The notes below the pieces were generated by a model. It saw only the letters and a list, made by a program, of their open reading frames with translations. It did not search any database and was not told the origin of the DNA. This document shows positions 17,626-26,880 of a stretch of 64,000 bases of DNA, piece after piece (position 1 is the stretch's first letter; the number at the start of each line of letters is the position of its first letter). The stretch is from Candidatus Sericytochromatia bacterium (GTDB lineage Bacteria; Cyanobacteriota; Sericytochromatia; UBA7694): positions 218,823 through 282,822 of the forward strand of contig CAXRDE010000025.1 of assembly GCA_964229355.1 (NCBI GenBank), given 5' to 3'. Both the position numbers and the translations under genes were made by a program.

Positions 17626-19242
17626 CTAAAAAACATCGGGGTTTTGGGCGTAGTCGATGTGCACATCAAACACATGGACGCCGCCCTGGGTCTGGGCCTG
17701 TTGCAAATGGCTCACAAGATCTTGAGCGGTGCGAATGGTATGCCCCACGGCACCATAGCTCTGGGCGAGCAGGCAAAAATCAGGGTTGCCATAGCGCAGC
17801 CCAAAGTCCGGCTTATGCTCATTGTCTTGTTTCCAGCGGATCATGCCCAGCGTGCCGTCATTGAGCACAAGCACCACCAGATCCAACTGTTCTCGCACGG
17901 CGGTTTCAAGGCTTTGGCTGTTCATTAAAAAGCCGCCGTCTCCGCACACGGCCACCACCGGCACCTCGGGGCAGGTGATTTTGGCGCCAATGGCAGAGGG
18001 CAGGCCCGCGCCCATGCTGGCCAGGGCATTATCCAACAGCAAGGTATTGGGTTCAAAGGCCGGATAATACCGGGCAAACCACAATTTGTACATGCCGTTG
18101 TCCAGAGCCACAATACCCGCAGGCGGCATCTGTTGACGCAGCGCCTGAATCATCTCCAGCAGGGGCACATGGTCCTGTGAAGCACTGGACATGGGCGCTC
18201 CCGAGAGGATCTGTTGCAGCCGCTCCTGATAGGTTTGTAAATAAGGGGTAAACACGGTGGTGTCAAAGCTCAGGCCCTCGGCCCGTTGCGTCAGGGCCTG
18301 CAAGCTCAGGGCAATGTCTCCACAGAGGGTGTACTGGGGGAAATAAAGGGGGTCAAAGGTGGGCACCTCATGGTGGATGTGGATAACGTCGGTGTTCTCC
18401 ATACGAAAAGGCGGCTTTTCAATCACATCGTGGCCAATATTCAGAATCAAATCTGCGTGTTTTAAAGCATCGTGGGCAATTTCCTCTGAAGAGAGCGCTG
18501 CCGTGCCCAGGCACAGCGGATGGCGTTCATCGACGACCCCTTTGCCCATTTGACTGGTAAAAAAGGGCAGTTGTAAGGCGTCAATCAAAGCAGGCAAGGA
18601 TTTGCAGATGGGTTTGCGGTTGGCCCCTGCCCCAATCATAATCAGGGGCGATTTGGCCTGTTGAAGACGTTGACACACGGTGTCAAGGGCCGCATCGGTG
18701 GGCGCAGAAGCCGCTACTTCAAAGGGAGCAAAAGGCCTGGCCTCGGTTTCTTCGGTGGCAATATCTTCAGGAAGTTCTAAATGCGTGGCCCCCGGCCGGG
18801 GCTGCATCGCCTGGGCAAAGGCATTGTGCGCCAGCGCGGGCACCCAGGAGGCATCCTGAATACACTTCGCGGAGTGGGTGACGGGTTCCATCATGTTCAC
18901 CACATCCAAAATCTGAAAAGCGCCTTGCTTGCTGGAGCGAATGGGCTTTTGTCCGGTAATCATGAGCAAAGGCATCGCGCCCAACTGGGCATAGGCGGCG
19001 GCCGTCATCAAATTGGTGGCCCCTGGACCCAGGGTCGAGAAACATACCCCGGCCCGGCCCGTTAATCGCCCCTGCGTGGCGGCCATCAAGCCACCGGCTT
19101 GTTCGTGGCGCACCAGCACAAAGCGAATGCTGCTCTCTGCCAGGGCCTCTAAAAAATCTAAATTTTCTTCACCGGGCACCCCAAAGATGTGGGTGACGCC
19201 CTCATTTTCAAGACATTTAACAAGTAATTGTGCTGCTTTCAT
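17626..19242 (-). CDS. Thiamine-pyrophosphate enzyme, acetolactate-synthase-like
   Basis: The N-terminus MKAAQLLVKCLENEGVTHIFGVPGEENLDFLEAL is an ALS/TPP N-terminal domain. A C-terminal GDGGF TPP-binding motif is present. The start was set at the internal ATG (19242) with a GGAAG RBS, which avoids overlap with the Rrf2 gene. Confidence 0.85.
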   Translation of the reverse strand: MKAAQLLVKCLENEGVTHIFGVPGEENLDFLEALAESSIRFVLVRHEQAGGLMAATQGRLTGRAGVCFSTLGPGATNLMTAAAYAQLGAMPLLMITGQKPIRSSKQGAFQILDVVNMMEPVTHSAKCIQDASWVPALAHNAFAQAMQPRPGATHLELPEDIATEETEARPFAPFEVAASAPTDAALDTVCQRLQQAKSPLIMIGAGANRKPICKSLPALIDALQLPFFTSQMGKGVVDERHPLCLGTAALSSEEIAHDALKHADLILNIGHDVIEKPPFRMENTDVIHIHHEVPTFDPLYFPQYTLCGDIALSLQALTQRAEGLSFDTTVFTPYLQTYQERLQQILSGAPMSSASQDHVPLLEMIQALRQQMPPAGIVALDNGMYKLWFARYYPAFEPNTLLLDNALASMGAGLPSAIGAKITCPEVPVVAVCGDGGFLMNSQSLETAVREQLDLVVLVLNDGTLGMIRWKQDNEHKPDFGLRYGNPDFCLLAQSYGAVGHTIRTAQDLVSHLQQAQTQGGVHVFDVHIDYAQNPDVF

Positions 19243-19294
19243 GCTTCCAGCATAAGAACAGACCTGACTTGAGGGCACCCCCGTCAGTGGGGTT

Positions 19295-19717
19295 TTAACG
19301 GGATTTTGATGTTGCCTGTTCTGCGATGTCGAAAAGCGTAATGCCCGCATATTGTTCTAAAAGGTTTTGCTCCGCGGCTTTTAAGGCGGGTTCCAGAAAA
19401 AAGCTGACCGATTGTTCCACAGGGCAGTGGGGATGGTCTTGAGAGAGGCCCATGGCCAGCAGTCCGGGCTCTCCTAAGGCCCGGTAAATATCTAACACCG
19501 AAAGTGTGGCGGGGTCGCGCTGCAATTGCCAGCCGCCGCCCCTGCCGTTATGGGATTGTACATAGCCCAAATTGCGCAGGTTCGCCATCATTCTTCGCAC
19601 CACTACAGCATTGGTGCCCAACATCTGGGCAATGGTTTCTGAGGTGGCCGCCCCCTGATGCAGATGAATATGCACCAGGATGTGCAACATGCGGGAGAGT
19701 TTTTCGTTGGGTTTCAT
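19295..19717 (-). CDS. Rrf2 family transcriptional regulator
   Basis: The sequence MKPNEKLSRMLHILVHIHL...TSETIAQMLGTNAVVVRRMMANLRNLGYV is a typical Rrf2 wHTH. The start was set at the ATG with an AAGAGG RBS (19717). Confidence 0.85.
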   Translation of the reverse strand: MKPNEKLSRMLHILVHIHLHQGAATSETIAQMLGTNAVVVRRMMANLRNLGYVQSHNGRGGGWQLQRDPATLSVLDIYRALGEPGLLAMGLSQDHPHCPVEQSVSFFLEPALKAAEQNLLEQYAGITLFDIAEQATSKSR

Positions 19718-19744
19718 GTTTACCTCTTTGGGACCTTTTGCCCT

Positions 19745-19771
19745 ATATCGTAACACAACCAGTTACAATAT
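19745..19771. promoter_or_regulatory. Imperfect palindrome ATATCGTAAC-N7-GTTACAATAT in the divergent Rrf2 / hydrolase intergenic region (candidate Rrf2 operator)
   Basis: Read directly. The arms match in 9 of 10 positions. It lies about 25 nt upstream of the Rrf2 start. Confidence 0.35.
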
Positions 19772-19824
19772 ATGATAAAAGTAGCTATACTAAAAGCAAA
19801 TAACACCTTTGGAACGGCAGGTTA

Positions 19825-20823
19825 ATGATGATTTCAACGCAATACATTACGATCAACGGCAGCAAACACTTTACGCTCTGCGCTGGCACAGGGCCACTCG
19901 TGCTCTTATGTCATGGTTTTCCTGAAACGGCTTACGCCTGGAGACACCAGCTCAAAGCCCTGGCCGAAGCCGGCTTTTGTGCGGTGGCCCCCAATCTGCG
20001 CGGGGTAGGCAAGACACCCGGCCCAGAAGCCGTTGATGCCTATACCCTGATGCATTTGGTGGGTGATATGGTGGGCCTGGTTCATGCCCTGGGCAGAGAA
20101 ACAGCGATCATTGTGGGCAATGATTGGGGGGCCAGTCTGGCCTGGCAAGCAGCACTGGTACGCCCTGATATGTTCACCGCCGTGGCCGCCCTGGGTGTGC
20201 CCATGATGGGGCAAGCCCCCGTACCCCCAACGCAGATCTTTCCCCGGACACCTGAAGCGCTCTTTTACACGCTGTACTTTCAAGAACCCGGTCGCGCAGA
20301 GGCCGAGTTGAGCCAGGATATTGAAGTCACCCTGCGCAAAATTTTGTTTAACGCCTCTGCCGATGCCCGTGGTGATGCTGGTAACAATCGGCCTACCGCT
20401 GGCGCTCAGCGTCCCAACCCCTTTGCCATGGTGTCTCAGACCGATGGCCTTCTGGCTCCCCTGCACAATCCCGAGGTGCTGCCACCCTGGCTCACGGCCG
20501 CTGATCTTCAGCATGCGGTCGAGGCCTTCACCCACAGTGGTTTTCAAGGGGCCTTAAACCTTTACCGCAATCTTGATCGCAATTGGGAACTGCAAAAGGC
20601 CTTTGTGGGTCAAAAGGTACAGGTTCCGGCCTTGTTTTGCATCGGTGAGCATGACGTCGGTTGGGATATACCGGGCATGAAAGAGATGATCGCGCAGCAA
20701 GATCGTTTGGTGTCGAACTTGCGCCCCACCGTGGTCATTCCTGACAGTGGCCATTGGCTACCCCAGGAGCAACCTGAGGCCCTGAACACTCACCTGCTGG
20801 CTTTTCTGACACAGCTGAATTGA
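19825..20823 (+). CDS. Alpha/beta hydrolase (epoxide-hydrolase-like)
   Basis: It has the motifs LLCHGFPETAYAWRHQ and GNDWGA (nucleophile elbow), and the length (332 aa) is typical of the family. Confidence 0.85.
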   Translation: MMISTQYITINGSKHFTLCAGTGPLVLLCHGFPETAYAWRHQLKALAEAGFCAVAPNLRGVGKTPGPEAVDAYTLMHLVGDMVGLVHALGRETAIIVGNDWGASLAWQAALVRPDMFTAVAALGVPMMGQAPVPPTQIFPRTPEALFYTLYFQEPGRAEAELSQDIEVTLRKILFNASADARGDAGNNRPTAGAQRPNPFAMVSQTDGLLAPLHNPEVLPPWLTAADLQHAVEAFTHSGFQGALNLYRNLDRNWELQKAFVGQKVQVPALFCIGEHDVGWDIPGMKEMIAQQDRLVSNLRPTVVIPDSGHWLPQEQPEALNTHLLAFLTQLN

Positions 20824-20870
20824 AATGCTAAAATGCGACAATCTTCCCTGTAAAGAGAGCCCTGCCTATT

Positions 20871-21572
20871 TTGCCCTTACACGCTTTTGAAGCCTTTTTA
20901 AACTTTTACTATCCCTGTCTGCTCACCACGGGTCTGGTGGCCGATTTGCCCCGGTTCAAAAGTGAAGACCCTGAAGTACAGGCCGTGGTGCAGCAGCTCT
21001 ATGAGGCGTTAACAGGGGGCAAAGATTGGGAAAGCGCTTTGCGCGGGCTCTCACCTGCGCTGCCTGAAGTCTTGACCGAGCTGCTAATAGCGGGGGCCGC
21101 CCAGGCCCGGTTGGATCATGTGATTGCAGAGATGCTCACCCATTATCAGGAGCACACCGACGAAGCAGAACTGTATCAGGCACTGTCGCAGCAATTGGCA
21201 CACCTTGAAGTGGGACCACGTCCCGCGCTGATTTGCCAGAACTGCCTGGTTCAAAGCTTCGAGAAACTGCTGGCCCGCGCAGCCCTCGAAAAAGCCCAAC
21301 GTGTTTTGCTTAAGCAAACAGGCCACAGTTTTTTTGAACAGGCCTATTTGGGCAGCAAGCTGGTACAGGTGCGTGAAGCCAGCCACGCCCACACCTACCG
21401 CAGTTTATGGCAACTGCTCAACAGGGCCTGTCAGCAGCATTCATTCCCGGGCGAAGGCTGGATGCAGGCTTACACCGTCCACCCCCTTGAACCCTCAAGC
21501 TTCTGTATAAGCAGCGCCCATCAGACCCTGGTATGTGTCTTTCTTACACCTCTGTCTGACTTGCCTGCATAA
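20871..21572 (+). CDS. Hypothetical helical protein
   Basis: It is an intact 233-aa ORF with no recognisable motif. Confidence 0.45.
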   Translation: MPLHAFEAFLNFYYPCLLTTGLVADLPRFKSEDPEVQAVVQQLYEALTGGKDWESALRGLSPALPEVLTELLIAGAAQARLDHVIAEMLTHYQEHTDEAELYQALSQQLAHLEVGPRPALICQNCLVQSFEKLLARAALEKAQRVLLKQTGHSFFEQAYLGSKLVQVREASHAHTYRSLWQLLNRACQQHSFPGEGWMQAYTVHPLEPSSFCISSAHQTLVCVFLTPLSDLPA

Positions 21573-22197
21573 GCCCAACGTCCGCATGGGTAAGATACTG
21601 CTTTTGCCGCGCAATCAACAGCTGAAAAACCGCCATTAATCCCTCAGGGTTGAGGCTTCGGGGGCAGACCTCTGCCTGCTGTAGTTCTTTGATGAGGTAA
21701 TAAGCAGACTCAATGGTGGAAAGGCAGGTCGCTGCAGGCTGTCTTTTGATCTCAAACTGGGAGCGATAATCCCTACGAAACGAGAGTTGGGGCAGGGCTT
21801 GCAACGAGGCGCTGCGTGTCATCATTTTGTAGGCAAAGGTCCAGGTGGCATCAATTAAAAAGATCAGCAGCTTTTTGTGGTGCAGAGCCGAGGCAAAAGG
21901 AAAGGTCTCGGTGGCCTGTGCCGTTTCACCTGGGTAGAGCACCATGGGATAATAGGCGGGGTCTTTTAAGAGGGCCTGGGTTCTGAAGTTGTTATCGAAG
22001 GTGGTGTCCACAATAATCTCTGAGTCCATTAGCGCCAGATGGGTTAAGCGGCCCGTACCGGTTTTTTGCTTAAAGGCTTCTTTGGGATGCATTAACACCA
22101 CAAATTTAACCCCGGCATCAATGGGGGTGATGGCATCGCAATAACAGGTTTTAATGGGTCGAAAGCACCGGTAGCATTTACTGAGCATAGAGCACAA
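21544..22197 (-). CDS. DTW-domain protein (tRNA-uridine aminocarboxypropyltransferase-like)
   Basis: It has N-terminal Cys motifs (CYRCFRPIKTCYC) and a D-x-T-W motif (LIDATW). Confidence 0.75.
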   Translation of the reverse strand: MCSMLSKCYRCFRPIKTCYCDAITPIDAGVKFVVLMHPKEAFKQKTGTGRLTHLALMDSEIIVDTTFDNNFRTQALLKDPAYYPMVLYPGETAQATETFPFASALHHKKLLIFLIDATWTFAYKMMTRSASLQALPQLSFRRDYRSQFEIKRQPAATCLSTIESAYYLIKELQQAEVCPRSLNPEGLMAVFQLLIARQKQYLTHADVGLMQASQTEV

Positions 22198-22331
22198 TCT
22201 AGCACAGTCTATGCCCTGAGCGCTGTAGGTTTAGCAGCTTTATCAAAACCGTCTTCTTTTTTTAATCCCAAGCGAGTAAAGCCCGGGCGCGTATAATAGA
22301 TGACACTGAGGTTTAAGGAGGCCATCTTTAC

Positions 22332-22574
22332 ATGCAGTTCAGCGATCTCAAGAAAAAGGTATCCATCCTGCCTTTACTGCTTGTGCTCTGTGGCTTTCTG
22401 TTTGAGTTTCTGTATCAATTCACATGCGGGGCTTGCTATTACACGGGAACCATTACCTGGTGGCAGCGTTTTCTCAGTGACGCATCTCCGGTTTTGTTTT
22501 ACGCAGGAACGCTGGGCTTATGGGCTTCTTTTTTTAAAAACATGTATGCTATTTTGAAGCGCAAACCGGAATGA
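22332..22574 (+). CDS. Small two-TM membrane protein, hypothetical
   Basis: It is an 80-aa ORF with an AAGGAGG RBS 11 nt upstream and two hydrophobic helices. It lies in an AT-rich patch. Confidence 0.35.
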   Translation: MQFSDLKKKVSILPLLLVLCGFLFEFLYQFTCGACYYTGTITWWQRFLSDASPVLFYAGTLGLWASFFKNMYAILKRKPE

Positions 22575-22621
22575 ACCCTCGCCCTGCGTGAGACAAAGTA
22601 GCTGCTAAAGGCCTGTAAAAT

Positions 22622-22650
22622 TTGACATCGTAACCGATTTTATTTATGCT
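22622..22650 (+). promoter_or_regulatory. Sigma70-like promoter: TTGACA - 17 nt - TATGCT upstream of the P-loop NTPase gene
   Basis: Read directly. The -35 (22622-22627) is a perfect consensus, the spacer is 17 nt, and the -10 is at 22645-22650. Confidence 0.4.
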
Positions 22651-22705
22651 AGAAAAGCATTCTATTCTCTAATTTACAAATCAACACATTTTCTGAATTG
22701 GAGGC

Positions 22706-23220
22706 ATGTTATCGGGCGTAAAAATTATTTAATTGAAGGCATTGCAGGCACAGGAAAAACTGCCGTTTGTTATAAGCTGCGGGAGCTGGGTTACCACGCC
22801 CTGGACGGAGATGTCTCACTGGCCTATCAGGGGGATCCCCACACCGGAAAACCCGTAAAGGGCTTTTCGCCTCAGCACCATATCTGGGATATTCAGAAGG
22901 TGAAGTTTCTGGTGGCAGACTCCACCTATCGTGTCTCGTTTTTTTGTGGCGGCTCCAGAAACTTCAATCATTTTATTGACCTTTTTGATGGCGTCTTTGT
23001 TCTTCACGTGGCCGACTGGCATATATTGAACCGCCGCCTTGCACAACGCCCCAATGGCATCTGGGGTGGAGGCGTTAAAGAACGCCTCTGGACTGCACAC
23101 CGCCACCATACCCAGGAAGGTCTGCCTGAACACGCCATCGTTGTGGATGCCACCCAGGAACTGTCAGCAGTGGTACAGCGCATTTTAAAGGCCGCCAAAC
23201 TTGCACAAGAAGCATTCTGA
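22706..23220 (+). CDS. P-loop NTPase / nucleotide-kinase-like protein with an apparent frameshift at the start codon
   Basis: The Walker A motif GRKNYLIEGIAGTGKT is right at the N-terminus, but the RBS-associated ATG (22706) is in frame 2 and runs to a stop after 8 codons. The protein frame begins at 22708 with no canonical start between the upstream stop (22606) and the Walker A. A 1-nt indel near 22708 (ATGGTT -> ATGTT) would restore the frame. Confidence 0.55.
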
Positions 23221-23230
23221 TCTTAAGGTA

Positions 23231-23680
23231 TCACCGGACAGGCGCTGCCAGTATCGCTTTGGCTCGGTCAAGCAACGCCACACTCCCCGCTATGCGATTG
23301 AGCTCCTCCGGGTTCACCGTATATTGTTCCAGGGTCTTGTGTAAAGCCCTGAGTCGCTCTGTTTCTGTGCTTTCAATCCGGTAATCCCGCTGCACCAGGG
23401 TATCTGACTCGGTCAACAACACCCGCACACTCTTCAACTCAGGATTTTCACCGCCCGTGTGCTCAAGATACACCTGCTCGCCAAGGTTTACATCAGCGCT
23501 CCGAAGAAAGATAACAATGGTGCTATTCGCCTCGTCATTTGCCACGGACTCGACTTTTCCGACGCCCACAAGTTGACGACTCGACACGCTGTTCACCATA
23601 ACAGTTGGAGGAACGGCCATGAGTTGGCAAGCTGTTAAAGCCACTGAAAATAAAAGTAAAGAGAGCATTTGCTTGTACAT
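23231..23680 (-). CDS. Hypothetical lipoprotein
   Basis: It has a signal peptide plus lipobox (LTAC|Q) and is 149 aa long. Confidence 0.5.
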   Translation of the reverse strand: MYKQMLSLLLFSVALTACQLMAVPPTVMVNSVSSRQLVGVGKVESVANDEANSTIVIFLRSADVNLGEQVYLEHTGGENPELKSVRVLLTESDTLVQRDYRIESTETERLRALHKTLEQYTVNPEELNRIAGSVALLDRAKAILAAPVR

Positions 23681-23832
23681 GGTAATTCGACCTTCGTGCT
23701 TGAGAATGACCCCATGCTAGCACGCTGGCTTCACCACACGTTGCAGCCTGAATTTACAGAATGCAACAAGCTGTTCATGCTATATTCATGTCCATAAGGT
23801 ATGCTGAAAGAAAACAACGTAAAGGTTAAACC

Positions 23833-24342
23833 ATGAACAAACGAAAACTCGGCATTGTCTTCGCGGCACTGGCAGTGGGCTTTGGCATCATTCAGTTGAT
23901 TCCTGTAGACTTTACCAACCCCCCGGTACAGGCTGAACAGGACTTTTTGGTGGTCACCCAGGCCAGTGAACAAACTGCCCAAAAGATTCAACAGTCTTGC
24001 TATGACTGCCACTCCCATAAAACCCAATACCCCTGGTACAGCAAAGTGGCCCCCGTATCCTGGTTATTGAAAAGCCACATTGACGACGGACGCCGCCATT
24101 TGAACTTCTCCACCTGGGAGAGCTATGACCTCAAGAAAAAGGACCACAAGCTGGAAGAAATGTCAGAGGCCCTGGAAGAGGGCTGGATGCCCATGGACCA
24201 GTACGTCTGGATGCACAAAGAAGCCAAGTTGAGCCCTGAAGAGCGCCAGGAACTTTCCAACTGGGTCAAACAATTACGCGGTGAGCTCAACGTGCCCGCA
24301 GGCCAGGCCGACGGGCACGCAGAAGGGCATGAGGGACATTAA
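23833..24342 (+). CDS. Haem-binding-domain protein (single CxxCH)
   Basis: It has an N-terminal TM/signal, a CYDCHS haem c motif and a His-rich C-terminus (HAEGHEGH). Confidence 0.65.
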   Translation: MNKRKLGIVFAALAVGFGIIQLIPVDFTNPPVQAEQDFLVVTQASEQTAQKIQQSCYDCHSHKTQYPWYSKVAPVSWLLKSHIDDGRRHLNFSTWESYDLKKKDHKLEEMSEALEEGWMPMDQYVWMHKEAKLSPEERQELSNWVKQLRGELNVPAGQADGHAEGHEGH

Positions 24343-24374
24343 AAACTCAGCGATAGCCTGATTTTAGCGCCCTA

Positions 24375-25331
24375 CTACTTCAGTTTGGGCAATACGTGAT
24401 TGGGCTCTTTGGCATAGATGTTCCAGAGCCAGTAATCTTTCTCTGACACCACCATACGCTCAGGGGGCTGAGTGCTTTCTTGCTGACGCCCCTGGTAAAC
24501 CACCTTGCCACCTTTGACGTCAAAGGCGTAGCGGCGCACCGATTTCCCATCCAGGTTGACATCGAGCTCGTATTTGCCGTCTTTTAAGTCACCGGGCTTA
24601 AGACCCGCATTGCTTTTGGGGTCCACAAGGGGTGCAGTAAGCATGGTGGTGTACGCATAAATGTTTTGCGGCTGGGGCGCGTTGCCCACACTTTTGGCCA
24701 CCAGTTGACCGTTGCGCTTCAGCGAAAGGCTCATTTTTTTGACCACCGTTGATTGGTCGCCCACTTCGGCTCCGGCACTAAGACCTACATCCACAATCAG
24801 TGAGCCTCTTCCCCCGTCGTTAAAATACAGTTTGGCCATGTTATCGTGGGGCAAAATGGTATAGCTCTTTTGGCCCTTGGCAAAACGGCCTTCACCCTGA
24901 CCATAGCTGCGTACTTCAAACCATTCCGCCGAAAACACCTTGCCTTTTTCAGAGAATACAATCCAATAAACCCCAGGCTTTAAGGCCACCTTGCTGGGAC
25001 CATCCAGACATTGCCCACTGGCGCAGGCGTTAACCCAGGAATCAATTTCACCCAGAGCCTGACCATTTTTGTATTTGTGCACCCGCTCTTTGCTGCTGAG
25101 AATATTTCCCTCAGCATCTACAATGTCGATACGGGTTTCGACGTCGCGCTGGGGCACATACACGAACATGCTCAACAGCTTACGTCCAAAATACAATTGT
25201 CCATTTTGATCCAGATTAATAAAATCGGGCATTTGCTCATAGGCCATCGCCGGTGGATAATCCTGAGACCAGGCTGGCCCCGTTAACAAACAACTGCTCA
25301 ACAGGACCAACGCCCATTTTTTTAGATTCAT
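24375..25331 (-). CDS. Secreted hypothetical protein
   Basis: It has a signal peptide (MNLKKWALVLLSSCLLTGPAWSQ). No recognised domain. Confidence 0.55.
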   Translation of the reverse strand: MNLKKWALVLLSSCLLTGPAWSQDYPPAMAYEQMPDFINLDQNGQLYFGRKLLSMFVYVPQRDVETRIDIVDAEGNILSSKERVHKYKNGQALGEIDSWVNACASGQCLDGPSKVALKPGVYWIVFSEKGKVFSAEWFEVRSYGQGEGRFAKGQKSYTILPHDNMAKLYFNDGGRGSLIVDVGLSAGAEVGDQSTVVKKMSLSLKRNGQLVAKSVGNAPQPQNIYAYTTMLTAPLVDPKSNAGLKPGDLKDGKYELDVNLDGKSVRRYAFDVKGGKVVYQGRQQESTQPPERMVVSEKDYWLWNIYAKEPNHVLPKLK

Positions 25332-25464
25332 GGTTACCTTATATCCTCACTGTTTTTCTTTAAACGACACAAAATTGTAACATATTTCGCTTAAATCTGC
25401 TTTTTTCGGCAATGTGCTACACTGCAGGTGCAGAGATTGACGAAAAGAAAGCGTAAAGCGACCC

Positions 25465-26082
25465 ATGGACCCCCTGGAACTGGGAACAAAATACGACCGC
25501 ATTGCCCACTGGTGGCAACAGCATCACCAACACTCAGAATATGGCCTGCATGCTTTAGAACGGGCTTTACAATGGCTCCCTCACACCGGTCAAGCCCTGG
25601 ATGTGGGCTGCGGGGCCGGCGGACGCCTGGTTCATCGCCTGGTCCAGCACGGCTTGACGGTGACGGGACTCGATGTGTCGCACACCATGGTGGAGCTGGC
25701 CCGCCAAAATCACCCTGAACAGCACTTTTTGCATCAGGATATTTGCCAGTGGGAAAGTCAGGACGCCTTTGATCTTATTCTCGCCTGGGACAGCCTGTTT
25801 CACCTGCCCCTTTCACAGCACGAAGCCGTTCTGAACAAATTGTGCCGTCACTTAAAACCCGAAGGCATCTTGCTGTATACCCTGGGCAACGCCGCTGGCG
25901 AACACACCGATACCTGGCGCAACGACACCTTCTATTACAGCTCCATTGGCATCAATGCCAACGTACAGTGTCTGATCAAGGCGGGATTAACGCTGTTGCA
26001 TCTGGAGTTGGATCAATATCCCGAAAAGCATGTTTATCTGATCGCCACCCGCCCCGCAGGGGACGTCATAGCCCTGGGTTAG
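25465..26082 (+). CDS. Class I SAM-dependent methyltransferase
   Basis: It has motif I (LDVGCGAGGRL) and a conserved acidic residue at the motif II position. Confidence 0.85.
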   Translation: MDPLELGTKYDRIAHWWQQHHQHSEYGLHALERALQWLPHTGQALDVGCGAGGRLVHRLVQHGLTVTGLDVSHTMVELARQNHPEQHFLHQDICQWESQDAFDLILAWDSLFHLPLSQHEAVLNKLCRHLKPEGILLYTLGNAAGEHTDTWRNDTFYYSSIGINANVQCLIKAGLTLLHLELDQYPEKHVYLIATRPAGDVIALG

Positions 26083-26519
26083 GGTTTGGCAACGTATTGG
26101 GCAGCAGCCACCAGATTTGAAGTGGATCTAACCAAAAGCTTGCCTTCTGCATCATGCAGGGTACCCTGCATAAACACCACGCTACGGCCTGACTTGATCA
26201 CCTCCGCAGTGGCGATAACATTTTCACCCACCCGCACATTGGCCAGAAAATCCACGTTCAGATTCACGGTGGCAAAAAATGCCTCGCGCTCCAGACTGTA
26301 CACGGTCAGGCCCATGATATCGTCGAGAATGGTGCTGGCCATACCGCCGTGCAAAATACCGGCGGGGTTGGCCATTTCTGGGCGCACGGTGTAAGTGGCC
26401 TTGATACAGCCCGGTTCCACCTGTAAGAGCGTACCGTTCAGCCAAACGCCCGTGGGAGAGCGGCTATACTCGGCCATGGGAACACCAATAAGAGATTGAA
26501 GGTGTTGTAATACAGACAT
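26079..26519 (-). CDS. PaaI-family hotdog-fold thioesterase
   Basis: It has ILHGGMASTILDDIMG and a hotdog-fold length of 146 aa. Confidence 0.8.
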   Translation of the reverse strand: MSVLQHLQSLIGVPMAEYSRSPTGVWLNGTLLQVEPGCIKATYTVRPEMANPAGILHGGMASTILDDIMGLTVYSLEREAFFATVNLNVDFLANVRVGENVIATAEVIKSGRSVVFMQGTLHDAEGKLLVRSTSNLVAAAQYVAKP

Positions 26520-26523
26520 GGGC

Positions 26524-26880
26524 TTAAGAGATCAGAGCCTCTGGCAATAAAGGTTCATAAAGCTGTAGATCCAGGAGCACATCCAGGTTTTTTTCTAAGT
26601 AATCGGGTGCCTCAGGGTGCTCAAAAAGCTGAGGGTGGTCGCTAAGCGCCTCAGGCTTCATGGTGTAATGCACCCATTTTCCGTCCTCAATAAAGTGCGC
26701 TTCAGGCGCAAGGGTTTTAAGAGAGACCGGCAAGGCCTGCAGCGAAAGCACCAGCTCCGAGGGGGGAGATATATTTTGCCCCCGTACCCGGAACGACAGT
26801 AAACGCAAGGTTTTGCCCGTCTCAACATGCTTGAGTACGGCCTGGCCTGTAAAGGTTAGATCCAAATGCGACTTAGTCAT
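26524..26880 (-). CDS. Hypothetical small protein (119 aa) overlapping the stop of the 905-aa gene (ATGACTAA)
   Basis: The start was reassigned to the internal ATG (26880), which overlaps the upstream TAA by 8 nt. There is a 4-nt gap to the thioesterase gene. Confidence 0.45.
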   Translation of the reverse strand: MTKSHLDLTFTGQAVLKHVETGKTLRLLSFRVRGQNISPPSELVLSLQALPVSLKTLAPEAHFIEDGKWVHYTMKPEALSDHPQLFEHPEAPDYLEKNLDVLLDLQLYEPLLPEALIS

